From: Deinococcus sp. | Lineage (GTDB): Bacteria; Deinococcota; Deinococci; Deinococcales; Deinococcaceae | Length of the DNA: 64,000 nt | Reading direction: 5' to 3' | Assembly: GCA_965261005.1 (NCBI GenBank) | Contig: OZ253375.1 | Location: 736,001-800,000, forward strand | Shown here: positions 47,497-56,845 of the stretch, piece after piece | How the letters are laid out: each line of letters opens with the position of its first letter | How positions within the stretch are numbered: position 1 is the first letter of the stretch | Notes under the pieces: generated by a model | The model's database searches: none | Seen by the model: only the letters and a program-made list of their open reading frames with translations | What the model was told of the DNA's origin: nothing | Program-made: the position numbers and the translations under genes

Positions 47497-48867
47497 ATGG
47501 CCCGCGTCTCCCCTGCCCCAACGGGCGGCGTGTTCACCCCGGAGCGCCGCAGCCTGAGCATTGGCCTGCTGCTGACGGTGCTGCTAATCGCCTTCGAGTC
47601 GCTGGGTGTAGCCACCGTGTTGCCGCTGGCGGTGCCGGAGCTGGGCGGCCTGCCCCTCTACGGCTGGGCCTTCAGCGCCTTTTTCATGGGTTACCTGCTG
47701 TCCACCGTGGCGCTGGGCAGCTTGGCCGACGGGCGGGGGCCTGACCTGCCCTTCGCGCTCGCCCTCGCGCTGTTCGCGCTGGGCCTCTTTGTGGCCGGCT
47801 CGGCGCCCAGCATGCCGGTCTTGATCTTCGGACGCGCGCTTCAGGGGCTGGGCGGCGGCGGCCTGATCGCGGTGGCGTACTTCGCCATCAACCGCGCCTA
47901 TCCGGACGCTTTGCGCGCCCGCATGCTGGCCCTCTTGTCGAGCGCCTGGGTGCTGCCCGCCTTGGTGGGACCCCTCATCGCGGGCTGGGTCGCCACGCAC
48001 TTTTCTTGGCGGGCCATCTTCCTGGGCTTGCTCCCGCTCTTGCTACCCGTGGCGCTGTTGGCGCTGGCCGGCTTGCGCGGCCTCAAGCTGCCGGGAGGGG
48101 CGCCGATGAACTTCGGGCGGCTGGGCGCGGCCCTCGCCCTCGCCGTGGGCGCGACGCTGGCCCTGGCCGCCTTGCAACAAAGCGCCCCCTGGTGGGGCGC
48201 CTCGCTGGGCCTGGGTGGGCTGGCTTTGGGCGTACCCGCGCTGGCCCGCCTCTTCCCCCCTGACACTTGGCGCCTCGCCTCGCCGCTGGCGGCCGGCTAC
48301 GCCACGCGCTTCGTGCTCACCTTTGCGTTCTTCGGCGGGGAGGCCTTCGTGCCGCTCAGCCTGACCCGCCTGCACGGCTACGGCGCGGTCGCGGCGGGCC
48401 TGACCCTGACCGCCAGCGCCCTCGCCTGGTCGGGCACCTCGATTCTACACGCGCGCTTCGACGAGCGCACGGCGGGAAGATGGCGCGCAGGCGTCGTGCG
48501 CCTCGGCAGCGGCGTCGTGACGCTGGCGCTGGCCCTCAGCGGTTTCGCCCTGCTGGGTTCGTGGCTTCCTACCTGGACGGTCGGCCTCACCTGGGCGCTG
48601 GGTGGCGTGGGCATGGGCCTGGCGTTTCAGGCGCACACCCTGGTCGTGTTCGCCCACGCGCCGGCGGGGCAGGAGGGCGAGGTGTCGGGCAACATCCAAC
48701 TGGCCGACGTGCTGGGCGCCGCCCTCGGGGCCGGCATCGGCGGCGCCCTCGTCGCGGGGCTGGGATTGCGCCCAGGCGTGGCGTGGCTGTTCGTCCTGGT
48801 AACGGCCGTGATGGCGCTGGGACTCTTCACGGCGGGGCGGCTCAGGTCAGCTCCCCAGAACGCTTAG
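47497..48867 (+). CDS. MFS transporter
   Basis: Many TM helices; GSLADGRG, GRALQGLGGG, PALVGPLIAG. Confidence 0.9.
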   Translation: MARVSPAPTGGVFTPERRSLSIGLLLTVLLIAFESLGVATVLPLAVPELGGLPLYGWAFSAFFMGYLLSTVALGSLADGRGPDLPFALALALFALGLFVAGSAPSMPVLIFGRALQGLGGGGLIAVAYFAINRAYPDALRARMLALLSSAWVLPALVGPLIAGWVATHFSWRAIFLGLLPLLLPVALLALAGLRGLKLPGGAPMNFGRLGAALALAVGATLALAALQQSAPWWGASLGLGGLALGVPALARLFPPDTWRLASPLAAGYATRFVLTFAFFGGEAFVPLSLTRLHGYGAVAAGLTLTASALAWSGTSILHARFDERTAGRWRAGVVRLGSGVVTLALALSGFALLGSWLPTWTVGLTWALGGVGMGLAFQAHTLVVFAHAPAGQEGEVSGNIQLADVLGAALGAGIGGALVAGLGLRPGVAWLFVLVTAVMALGLFTAGRLRSAPQNA

Positions 48868-50013
48868 CTTCTCCGGCTCCGGCAACCGGTAGGCCAGCCA
48901 CACGCTCGGCAGCAGCAACGAGATGACCGCGAGGGCGGCCACGGTCGGCGAGGTGTGGTCGGCCAGCAAGCCCACCAGGAACAGCAGCAGCCCGGCGACG
49001 CCCCACGAGAAGCCCATCATGATCGAGCTGGCGACGGCGACGTGCTGCGGGGCGTACTCCTGCGCGGTCACCACGCCCACCGGAATCGAGGCGTTGACAA
49101 AGGCGCCCACCGCGAAGATCAGCGGGTAGTACCAAAGCTGGCGCGGCTCGGAGAAAACCAGCAGCACAAAGAGGGGCAGCGTGCCCAGAATGCTCGACTT
49201 CAGGACCGGCACCCGCCCGCGCGTGTCCGAAATGCGCCCGCCCACAATGCCCCCCAGGGCCGAGGCGACGCTGTAGGTCGCCAGCGAGGCCGCGATCTGG
49301 ACGTAGCCGTAGCCGCGCGCCACCAGAATAAAGGGCAGCATGGTGTTAAAGCCGCTCGACGCCAGCGAACGCAGCACCGCCATGCCCCACAGCGTCACCA
49401 GCGGACCGCGAAAGATGGCGGCGTACTCGCGCAGCGTGGGGCGGCGCCCGCCCGCCTGCGGCTCGCCCGGCGTCACCAGATAGGTGCCCAGCGCGACCGC
49501 TAGGCCGATGGGGGCGAACACCGGCAGCCGCTCCAACCCCACGCCGGCGAAGATGGGTCCCAAGGCCATGCCAGCCGTGCCGCCCGCGCTGAACAAGCTG
49601 GCCCACAGCCCGCGCTTGTCGGGCGGGCTGTAGCGCGCGACGTAGGCCGCCCCCGCCGGGTGAAACAGGCCGCTGCCCAGGCCCGCCACCGCCACCAGCA
49701 GGATCAGCACCCCGAAGCCGGGCGCGTAGCCCATCAAGCTGAGGCCGATCCCCGTGGCCGCCGGCCCGAAGGCGGCCATCAGGCGGCGGTCCAGGCGCTC
49801 GCCCAGAATGCCCAAGAGAGGCTGCAACACGCTGGAGGTCAGCGACAGCACCGAGGCCAGCAAGGTCACGGCGGCGATGCTGCTGCCGAAGTGCTCCTGA
49901 ATCCGGGGGCCAAGGGGCGAGAGCATGGCCGAGTAGCCGTCGTTGATCAGGTGGCCCAACGTGACGGCGACGGCGACAGTGGCGCCGGTGTTGGCGGCGG
50001 TGGCAACGCGCAT
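48847..50013 (-). CDS. MFS transporter (Fsr-like)
   Basis: HLINDGY, SSVLQPLLG, GSGLFHP, GGRISDTRGR. Confidence 0.88.
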   Translation of the reverse strand: MRVATAANTGATVAVAVTLGHLINDGYSAMLSPLGPRIQEHFGSSIAAVTLLASVLSLTSSVLQPLLGILGERLDRRLMAAFGPAATGIGLSLMGYAPGFGVLILLVAVAGLGSGLFHPAGAAYVARYSPPDKRGLWASLFSAGGTAGMALGPIFAGVGLERLPVFAPIGLAVALGTYLVTPGEPQAGGRRPTLREYAAIFRGPLVTLWGMAVLRSLASSGFNTMLPFILVARGYGYVQIAASLATYSVASALGGIVGGRISDTRGRVPVLKSSILGTLPLFVLLVFSEPRQLWYYPLIFAVGAFVNASIPVGVVTAQEYAPQHVAVASSIMMGFSWGVAGLLLFLVGLLADHTSPTVAALAVISLLLPSVWLAYRLPEPEKLSVLGS

Positions 50014-50066
50014 GAAGAGGACGCTAGCACGCGCGCCGGGGTGAGAAGGTGGCCGCGCGGCTCGGC

Positions 50067-50492
50067 TCAGATTGTGCTGGCGTCCACGACTGTGGGGTCA
50101 GACGCGGCCCGAACGAGGCCCCGATCGAAGGTCAGCAAACGGTCGGCGCGCTGCCCAGCGTGCGCGATCACCAGAAAGTCGGCCAACAGGCGGCGCGGGG
50201 TGGCCAGCTGTTTCCGTTTCTGAGCGAAGCGGCCGTAGCGCTGCCCCGCGCCCTGCCACAGCGGCTTGGGCCAAGCAGCCCAGTCCACCGTGATGCCGAG
50301 CTGCTTGAGGGCGTGGTCGAACTGAGTCTCATCAAACTCGGCGAGGGCGGCCATTTCGGCGTACACGACCGGGCCGATCAGTACCTCGCCGTCCTGTAAT
50401 GCCTGACGAATGACCGGCTTGGCCTTCGCTTGCGCGACCTCATCGCCAAAGAAGAAATAGGAGATGACGTTGGTGTCGAGGGCCGTCCTCAT
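50067..50492 (-). CDS. VapC-family PIN toxin
   Basis: TALDTNVI, VVYAE, RLLADFLVIAHA, LLTFDRG. Confidence 0.9.
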   Translation of the reverse strand: MRTALDTNVISYFFFGDEVAQAKAKPVIRQALQDGEVLIGPVVYAEMAALAEFDETQFDHALKQLGITVDWAAWPKPLWQGAGQRYGRFAQKRKQLATPRRLLADFLVIAHAGQRADRLLTFDRGLVRAASDPTVVDASTI

Positions 50493-50626
50493 ACGAATTC
50501 CGGAAACCCAGTCAACTTCGTTGACTGGGTTTCCAGCGGAGCGGACAGGAAAAGGATACGGGTTTCGCGGTTTGGAGCAACATCGGGCGTTTTTTCCGAT
50601 GTTGAGGAAATAAGCGGAATCCGTAT
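50491..50626. mobile_element. 136-bp MITE-like small non-coding element
   Basis: Terminal inverted repeats ATACGAATTCCG / CGGAATCCGTAT (11 of 12 match); internal hairpins GGAAACCCAGTCAA/TTGACTGGGTTTCC and CAACATCGG/CCGATGTTG; AT at both ends; no coding capacity. Confidence 0.82.
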
Positions 50627-50910
50627 CACTCCTCGTCCTGTCCGGGCCATTCGCCGCGCTGGGAACGCAATTCCTGATTCAGTTGCGCCGCACTTTTACC
50701 TCCCTTTTTGGCGAATAGGCCCGCGAAGCGCTCCAGCGGGTCGCGTTCGCGCAGAGGACGTACCAAAACCCCTTCCTCGCGCTCCTCAAAGAAAACAAGG
50801 TCCTCAGGGTCGAGCCGGAACTTACGGCGAAATTGAACGGGCAACGTGACTTGACCCTTCGAACCGACTTTTGAGGTTGGAAATGCGGACTTGAGAATGC
50901 TCTTACTCAT
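50626..50910 (-). CDS. AbrB/MazE-type antitoxin
   Basis: SKVGSKGQVTLPVQFRRKFRL; ATG 7 nt after TAGTAT. Confidence 0.88.
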   Translation of the reverse strand: MSKSILKSAFPTSKVGSKGQVTLPVQFRRKFRLDPEDLVFFEEREEGVLVRPLRERDPLERFAGLFAKKGGKSAAQLNQELRSQRGEWPGQDEE

Positions 50911-51019
50911 GGACGCCATACTAACAAAAGTCCTACCAAGGAGAGGGGTCCGCCGCCCACTTCTGTGAGAACAACCCGCTCACGGGCGGCGGCGCGAGCG
51001 GCTACACTGGACGTCTGTT

Positions 51020-51580
51020 ATGTCCATCCAACTGCAAGACCGCGTCGCACAGGTGCTGCCAAGCGAGCGCGACGTGATGAGCGTGCTGAACGGCTTAAGC
51101 GCCGGCATCTGGAGTGACGCCGCCATCACCTTGGTGCCCGCGCTGCCCGCCTTTGACGTGGTGCTGGCCCCCAGCGGCGTTGGGGAGGCTTTTGGGGAGC
51201 AGTTGGCGACCTTGGCGGAGGCCCCTTTGGCGCTGGCCCGGCGCACGCCGGCGAACCCGCCCAGCGCGCCGCAGCAGTGGCAATCGGAACATTGGGCCGT
51301 CGAGCGGCGCCCGCTGACGGGCAAGCGGCGCGCCCTGCTGGTTTCGGCGCTGCTGGAGGGCGGCGTGCCGGAACTCGAACTGGCAACGCTGGCCCGCCGG
51401 GCCGGCATCGAGGTGGTCGGGGTCGCCTGCGCCGTCGAGTTCAGCGCCCACGGCGCCCGCAGCCGGCTGTACATGCAGGCCATCAAGGTCTACGCGCTGC
51501 TGCAACTGGCGCACACGCCCGCCGGCCTTCAGTTCGAGCGGCGCGGCGCCGGCGGCGACGTGCTGATGCCGCTGCCGTAA
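51020..51580 (+). CDS. Divergent phosphoribosyltransferase-fold protein
   Basis: FDVVLAP..VG, LALARR, GKRRALLVS.LL.GG, AGIEVVGVACAVE resemble type I PRTases. Confidence 0.6.
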   Translation: MSIQLQDRVAQVLPSERDVMSVLNGLSAGIWSDAAITLVPALPAFDVVLAPSGVGEAFGEQLATLAEAPLALARRTPANPPSAPQQWQSEHWAVERRPLTGKRRALLVSALLEGGVPELELATLARRAGIEVVGVACAVEFSAHGARSRLYMQAIKVYALLQLAHTPAGLQFERRGAGGDVLMPLP

Positions 51581-52110
51581 GCCCCAAGGTCGTAAGCCCC
51601 GAGATCGTAAGCCTTGAGGGCGCGTTCCTCCGCCGGCAGACGCACCAGCAGCAGCAGGGCGGCGTTCAGGGCGCCGAAGGCGGCGGCGGTCGCGGGCGCG
51701 CGCACGGCGAGGGGCGCGCTCAGCAGCTCAGCGGCGACCACCCAGTAGTTGGGGTGGCGCAGCCAGCGAAACGGCCCCGCCCGCACCCGCTCTCCGCCCG
51801 GCACGATCAGGATGCGGGTGTTCCAGGAGCGCCCCAAGCTGCGAATCACCCAAAGGCGCGCCGGTTGCATGCAGAGCCACAGCAGCAGCCACGGCCACGC
51901 CGCCGGGCCGCGCGCGCGGCGCCCCTCCAGGAAAAGCGAGACCATCCAGCCGCCGTGCAACAGAAAAAACAGCGGGTAGTGGCCGCGTCCGTGCTCCACG
52001 GCCCCCCTGGCGCGCGCCCAGCGTTCGTTGGCCCGCGCCAGGCGCAGTTCCAACAGGCGCTGAAGGGCGATGGCGAGCACCAGCCAGGGGGTCAGGGCGC
52101 GCGCCGACAC
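51529..52110 (-). CDS. Isoprenylcysteine carboxyl methyltransferase-family protein (BpsB/SrsB-like)
   Basis: QRLLEL..A..N, GAVEHG..HYP, LGRSWNTRI, GPFRWLRHPNY, EERAL. Confidence 0.9.
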   Translation of the reverse strand: MSARALTPWLVLAIALQRLLELRLARANERWARARGAVEHGRGHYPLFFLLHGGWMVSLFLEGRRARGPAAWPWLLLWLCMQPARLWVIRSLGRSWNTRILIVPGGERVRAGPFRWLRHPNYWVVAAELLSAPLAVRAPATAAAFGALNAALLLLVRLPAEERALKAYDLGAYDLGAYGSGISTSPPAPRRSN

Positions 52111-52112
52111 CC

Positions 52113-53204
52113 TTAAAACTCCAGCAGCACGTGTTCAGCGCAAAAGCCCGGCCCCATGGCGCTGAGCATCCCCTTACCGCGCGGCCCTTCCCGCAACAAG
52201 CGCTCCAGCGCGAACAGCACCGTGGGACTGCTCATGTTGCCGTACTCGCGCAGCACGGCGCGCGCGCCGTCGAGGGCGCCCGGCGGCAATTCGAGGGCCG
52301 CCTCATAGGCAGCGATCACCTTGGCGCCGCCGGGATGCACCACGAAATGCTCCACCTCGTCGCGCGTCCAATGGTGTGCGTCCAGAGTTTCCTCGACGTT
52401 GCCCGGCATCATGTCACACACCAAGGCCGGGATATCGCGCGAAAAGCGCACCTGTAGGCCCGCGTCCACCACGTCCCAGCCCATCACGTCCGCGCTGTTC
52501 GGAATCAGGGTGCTGTGGGCGCCGTGCAGGCGCGGCCCGCCGCCTGCTCCGCCCACACCCTGCGGACCCAGCACCACGGCCGCCGCGCCGTCGGCGAACA
52601 GCGAACTTCCCACGAAGTTGGACTTGCTCCCGTCGCCGCGCACCAAGGTCAGCGAGCACAGCTCCACCGCGATCAAGAGGACGTTCTGAAAGCCGGCCCG
52701 CACCAAGTCGGCCGCCCGCGCCAGGCCCGAGGCGCCGCCCGCACAGCCCAGGCCCCACAGCGGCACACGTGCGGCGTGGCGCGACAAACCCAGCGATTCG
52801 ATCAGAAAACTGTCCAGGCTGGGCGTGCTGACGCCGGTCGAGGATACCAGCACCACCGCGTCCACGTCGCTCGCCCGCACCTTCGCCGCCCCCAGGGCCT
52901 GTTCCGCCACCGCATGGGATAGCCGCAGCGCCTCGCGCACGTACACGGCGTTCTTCTCGGCCCAGCTGTGGTCCCACGTGTACCAGTCGAGCGGCATCGC
53001 GAAGAAGCGCCGCTCGATCTGGCCGTTCTCGAACACGTCCACCATCTTCTTGAAGGCGGCCAAACGCGGAAACATCGCCCTCGCCACCTCGCGCACTTCT
53101 GCTTGGGACGCACAGTGCGGCGGGGTGGCGGTGGCGACGGCGCGCAGCACCGGCGTGACGCCCTGCGGACGAACGGGCGGCCGTTCGGGCGAGGGGCGGG
53201 TCAC
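52113..53204 (-). CDS. Type III polyketide synthase (BpsA/SrsA-like)
   Basis: Catalytic triad GLGCAGG (Cys), HPGG (His), GNMSS (Asn); [19 protein letters not shown]; start uncertain. Confidence 0.92.
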   Translation of the reverse strand: MTRPSPERPPVRPQGVTPVLRAVATATPPHCASQAEVREVARAMFPRLAAFKKMVDVFENGQIERRFFAMPLDWYTWDHSWAEKNAVYVREALRLSHAVAEQALGAAKVRASDVDAVVLVSSTGVSTPSLDSFLIESLGLSRHAARVPLWGLGCAGGASGLARAADLVRAGFQNVLLIAVELCSLTLVRGDGSKSNFVGSSLFADGAAAVVLGPQGVGGAGGGPRLHGAHSTLIPNSADVMGWDVVDAGLQVRFSRDIPALVCDMMPGNVEETLDAHHWTRDEVEHFVVHPGGAKVIAAYEAALELPPGALDGARAVLREYGNMSSPTVLFALERLLREGPRGKGMLSAMGPGFCAEHVLLEF

Positions 53205-53293
53205 GCCCGCCAACCGGGGGAAGACAAAGGGGGCATGGACGCATTGTCGGCCGGCCCCTTGAACGCTTTTGTGCAATTTTCCCCAAGGCACGC

Positions 53294-53320
53294 AAAAAGG
53301 GGGCCGCTGGACGGCCCCCT
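53294..53320 (-). terminator. Rho-independent terminator of the large lipoprotein gene
   Basis: Minus strand GGGGGCCG-TCCAG-CGGCCCCC followed by TTTTT. Confidence 0.75.
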
Positions 53321-53352
53321 GGCAACTTAAACTTAGGCGAGACTTACCAGGC

Positions 53353-56334
53353 TTACCGCGCCGGGAACAGCTGGGACGAGGGAATAATCTGCGGCAGCGA
53401 GCCGTCCAGGGACCAAGCCAGCTTCATCAGCGAGGCGTAGTTCATGTGGGCGTACTCGGCCCGAATGTCGTACTTCTGGCCGGCGCTGAGGGTGATCTTG
53501 CCGTTGCCGCCGTCCATCTTCTGGCCCCCGACCCACAAGGTCAGCTTGGCGTTCGGATCCTTTTGCACGCTGAAGGTGTAGGTGCCGCTGGCAGGGGCTT
53601 GCAGCTGACCGGTCCAGCGCACGCTGAAGGTGTCGGCGGAGGTGAGGGCCGTTCCCCCGGGCTTGCCGAAGCCCCAATCGAAGCTGACGGTCGGGTCAAT
53701 CCGGGTGGTCTTGAGGTTGGTGAAGTCCCCCGTGAAAAAGGCGTTGTCAAAGTATTCCGCCTTGAGGCCGTTGCCGCCGACGGATTCCGCCTTGATGCCG
53801 GCGGGCGCCGCGTACTGGCCCAGGTAGAGGGCGACCTCGGCGTGGTGGTTCTTGACGGGCATCACGCCGCGCATCAGGTTGCGGCCACCATCCTTGACAT
53901 GCACTTGGTACTCGGGATTGTTGTATTGCAGCGTGGTGTAGCTGAGCTTGAACTTGGTGGTGTCGCCGGAAAAGGCGGGCATGCTTTGCGGCACGGGCGA
54001 AACCGGGTAGAGCAAGCCGCCCAGCAGCTCCACTTCCCCGCCGCGCGCCGCCAGCACCGTGCGGGGGTCTTCAGTTTTGAGGCCGAGCAGCCACAGCTTG
54101 CCGCCGTTTTTGGTGATCAGGGTGTTGGTCACGGTGGCGTTGTGGTTCTCAGGGTTCATTTGGCGCGCCCAGACGTCCTGCGGCGAATCGAAGTGCCAAG
54201 GAAGAATGCTGGCGACGTTCTCGACGAAGAGCTTGCCGGCGCCGGAAGCGTTGCGGTAAAAGCTGTTGCCGTTGGCCATCTGGTCCAGGTCGCGCAGCAC
54301 CAAGGCGCGCGGCGCGGCGTGTTCCACCCAGGTGAGGCCCGCCGAGGGCGCGTTGTTCCAATCGGCGAAGGTGAAACCCTCGACGGCGACGGTGTCCGGC
54401 GCGCCGTTTTCCACGCGCAGCACGGGTTGAGGATTGCCCGAGTTGCCAAAGGCCTGGCTGCCGGTGGCGATGTCGAAGATGGCCCCGAAGCCCACCAAGC
54501 GCCGCACGTTGCCGCGAATGTGAATGGTCTTGCCGATGCGGTAGACCCCGGACGGAAAGTACAGGGTGCTCTTGCCCGAGTCGATGGCCGCCTGAATCAC
54601 GTCCGAGTCGTCGCGCTCTTGGGTCCAGTTGGTTCGCATGGCCTTGACATTGACCCAGTTCGCCAAGTTGTTGTCGTGGAACTCGGGCGTTTCCTGCACG
54701 TCGAGGCGGAAGTCGCTCTTGAGCGCGCTGGTGTCCACGCGGGGATCGGAGGTGTACTCCGGCAAGTTGGCCCCGGGCACCACCACGCCCACGTTTTTCA
54801 CGGCGGAAGCGTAGCCGCCCGTCGTCACGCCACGCGCGTAGAGCGATCCCATGTTGTCGATGGCGCTCACGTTCGCCGCCCCCCCGGTCAGGTTGGCGTC
54901 GAGCAGGGTAACCACGCCGGCGCCGTTGGGGTTGGTGTTGAGAATGGCCGGCACGCTGTTGACGCTGGTGAGCTTGCGAATGGTCAGCACGTTCTCGGCG
55001 TTCAGCATGCCGGCGACGCGCTGCCCCTTGAGGGTCAAGTCCTCGAAGGTCTGGGTGTAGGCGTCGTGCTGGACCTGCACGCCGTAATTGAAGCCCTCGA
55101 CGCGGACGTGCTTGACCAGCAAGGGACCCGGCCAGGTCCGCAGCAAGCCCAGCCCGGCCCGGCCCTGACCGTCGCCGCTGCGAATGGTCACGTTGCGAAT
55201 CGCCGCGCAGTTGTTGGCGACGTAGTCGATGCCAACGGCGCCCGGGTTGTTACGGCCGGTGTCCACGGTCAAGTCGAAGATGTGGTTGTCAAAGGCGTTG
55301 TTGCCCTGCCCCTCACTGTCCGCGCTGTTCGAGGCGGTGAACAGCACAGCCTTTTGCGCGCCGCCAAAGGCGCCGTCCGCCAGCTTGAGAATGGTCTTGT
55401 CCTGGTTCTGCCCCTGAAGCGACAAGCTGGCCGCGTACGCGCCGGCGCTGTTCTTCCAGGTCAGGGTGTTGCTGATGTTGTAAGTGCCGCTCGGCAGGTA
55501 CAGAACGCGCTGTTTGCCGGCGTTTTCGTTGATGGCCTTTTGCAGGGCGGCGGTGTCATCCTTGCCGTCGTTCGGAATGGCGCCGTACTGGGTCACGACG
55601 TTGACCAAAGCGTCCGCCGGAAAAAGCTTGTCGTTCGCCGCGCTCGGCTGGTCGCCCGTCTGGGTACCTCCCTGGGCGTTCGTCAACGTCGCGCCGGCCC
55701 AATCGGCGTGGTCGTAGTCCAGGTTGTCCCCGGCGTCCAGCACCGCCAGCTGAAGCTGCTTTTTGCCCGTAACATCCACGCTCAGGTTCTTGGAGGGGTC
55801 GCCGCCGCGCATCACGCCGCTGTCGTACAGCTTCTGACCGTCCGCGAAGACCCGGAAGACGACGCTGCCCCGCTTGCCCACCTCGTCGTCCACGCCAACA
55901 GTGGCCGCGAAGGTCGCGGCGCCCGTCGGAAGCGGAAAGACCATGTTTGAGTTCGAGTGCACCCCGTAGCCGCTGGCGTAGGTCTTGCCGTTCAGGCTGA
56001 TGGTGTGTCCGTCTCCCGCACTCTTTTCGCCGTTGCTCTTGTTGTGCTCAATGGGGCCGTACCCGCTCGCCGCCGAGGTCCAACCGAGGTCGCTCAAGCT
56101 GACGCTCGGCGTGGCCAGCGAAAGCGAGGTCAGCTGGGGCGCCCGCTCCTCACTCCACGGCGCTGGCTGCTCTCCCGCCGAGGACGCTTCCGGGACGGAC
56201 GGCGCCACAATCGGGGTGGGCGGCCGGCCACAAGCGGTGAAGGCCAGGCTCAGGGCAATGCCGTACAGCGGCCATGCCAACGGATGGGCCAAAGGGCGGG
56301 AACGGCGAGCGCGAACAGAAAGAAGGTGGGACAT
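53353..56334 (-). CDS. Large secreted lipoprotein: NPCBM/NEW2 + pectate_lyase_3-like beta-helix + PA14
   Basis: Lipobox FTAC; NPCBM (GYGPIE..KSNGE, GVDDE, DHADW); [19 protein letters not shown] / LYLPSGTY repeated as [10 protein letters not shown] / [10 protein letters not shown]14 ([27 protein letters not shown]). Confidence 0.85.
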   Translation of the reverse strand: MSHLLSVRARRSRPLAHPLAWPLYGIALSLAFTACGRPPTPIVAPSVPEASSAGEQPAPWSEERAPQLTSLSLATPSVSLSDLGWTSAASGYGPIEHNKSNGEKSAGDGHTISLNGKTYASGYGVHSNSNMVFPLPTGAATFAATVGVDDEVGKRGSVVFRVFADGQKLYDSGVMRGGDPSKNLSVDVTGKKQLQLAVLDAGDNLDYDHADWAGATLTNAQGGTQTGDQPSAANDKLFPADALVNVVTQYGAIPNDGKDDTAALQKAINENAGKQRVLYLPSGTYNISNTLTWKNSAGAYAASLSLQGQNQDKTILKLADGAFGGAQKAVLFTASNSADSEGQGNNAFDNHIFDLTVDTGRNNPGAVGIDYVANNCAAIRNVTIRSGDGQGRAGLGLLRTWPGPLLVKHVRVEGFNYGVQVQHDAYTQTFEDLTLKGQRVAGMLNAENVLTIRKLTSVNSVPAILNTNPNGAGVVTLLDANLTGGAANVSAIDNMGSLYARGVTTGGYASAVKNVGVVVPGANLPEYTSDPRVDTSALKSDFRLDVQETPEFHDNNLANWVNVKAMRTNWTQERDDSDVIQAAIDSGKSTLYFPSGVYRIGKTIHIRGNVRRLVGFGAIFDIATGSQAFGNSGNPQPVLRVENGAPDTVAVEGFTFADWNNAPSAGLTWVEHAAPRALVLRDLDQMANGNSFYRNASGAGKLFVENVASILPWHFDSPQDVWARQMNPENHNATVTNTLITKNGGKLWLLGLKTEDPRTVLAARGGEVELLGGLLYPVSPVPQSMPAFSGDTTKFKLSYTTLQYNNPEYQVHVKDGGRNLMRGVMPVKNHHAEVALYLGQYAAPAGIKAESVGGNGLKAEYFDNAFFTGDFTNLKTTRIDPTVSFDWGFGKPGGTALTSADTFSVRWTGQLQAPASGTYTFSVQKDPNAKLTLWVGGQKMDGGNGKITLSAGQKYDIRAEYAHMNYASLMKLAWSLDGSLPQIIPSSQLFPAR

Positions 56335-56845
56335 GGCGTGGGGCCTCCTGGAAACAATCCCGCAACGGGGGAATTGGCCTTTTCAAGGGCCAAGCGGGAA
56401 CAACCTCGACGTCACGGGCGGGCGTCGCGGAAAGGGCGTGTGCGGCGAGGGCGGCGTTGGCTACTGGATTTAGCTGCTGAATGCGGGGGGTGATCGCATC
56501 TGTATTAAGGTTAGCTTAACATTCCAGCCGACTCTATGAAGTTTTTATAAGGTAGCTCAGCACATGTCGGCGTCCAAGTATGCTTGCACCGGTAAACGCC
56601 CCAAGGTTCAGGACCGTTTGAACGTCTCGCTTCTGATGTTCGGCCGTTTGGCAAGGGCGCGGCGAAGGAATCAGCTGTTCGGGTTCGTGGCATCGGTCTC
56701 CCCAAGAAAGGTGATCTATTGCGCTATGTAGCAAGACATAAAAAAGAGTGAGAAATATTTAACAAGCCGTTTAAGAATACGGTTGTCGAGGAAAAGGATC
56801 AAAGAAAAATCATCCGCGACTTCCCTTTAAATTCCTAAAAACGTC

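Noticed and set aside
56480..56845. Small ORFs or an RNA gene in the AT-rich spacer
   Set aside because: ORFs 56511..56705 and 56534..56734 lack RBS, codon bias or motifs, and I recognise no structured RNA; treated as regulatory DNA
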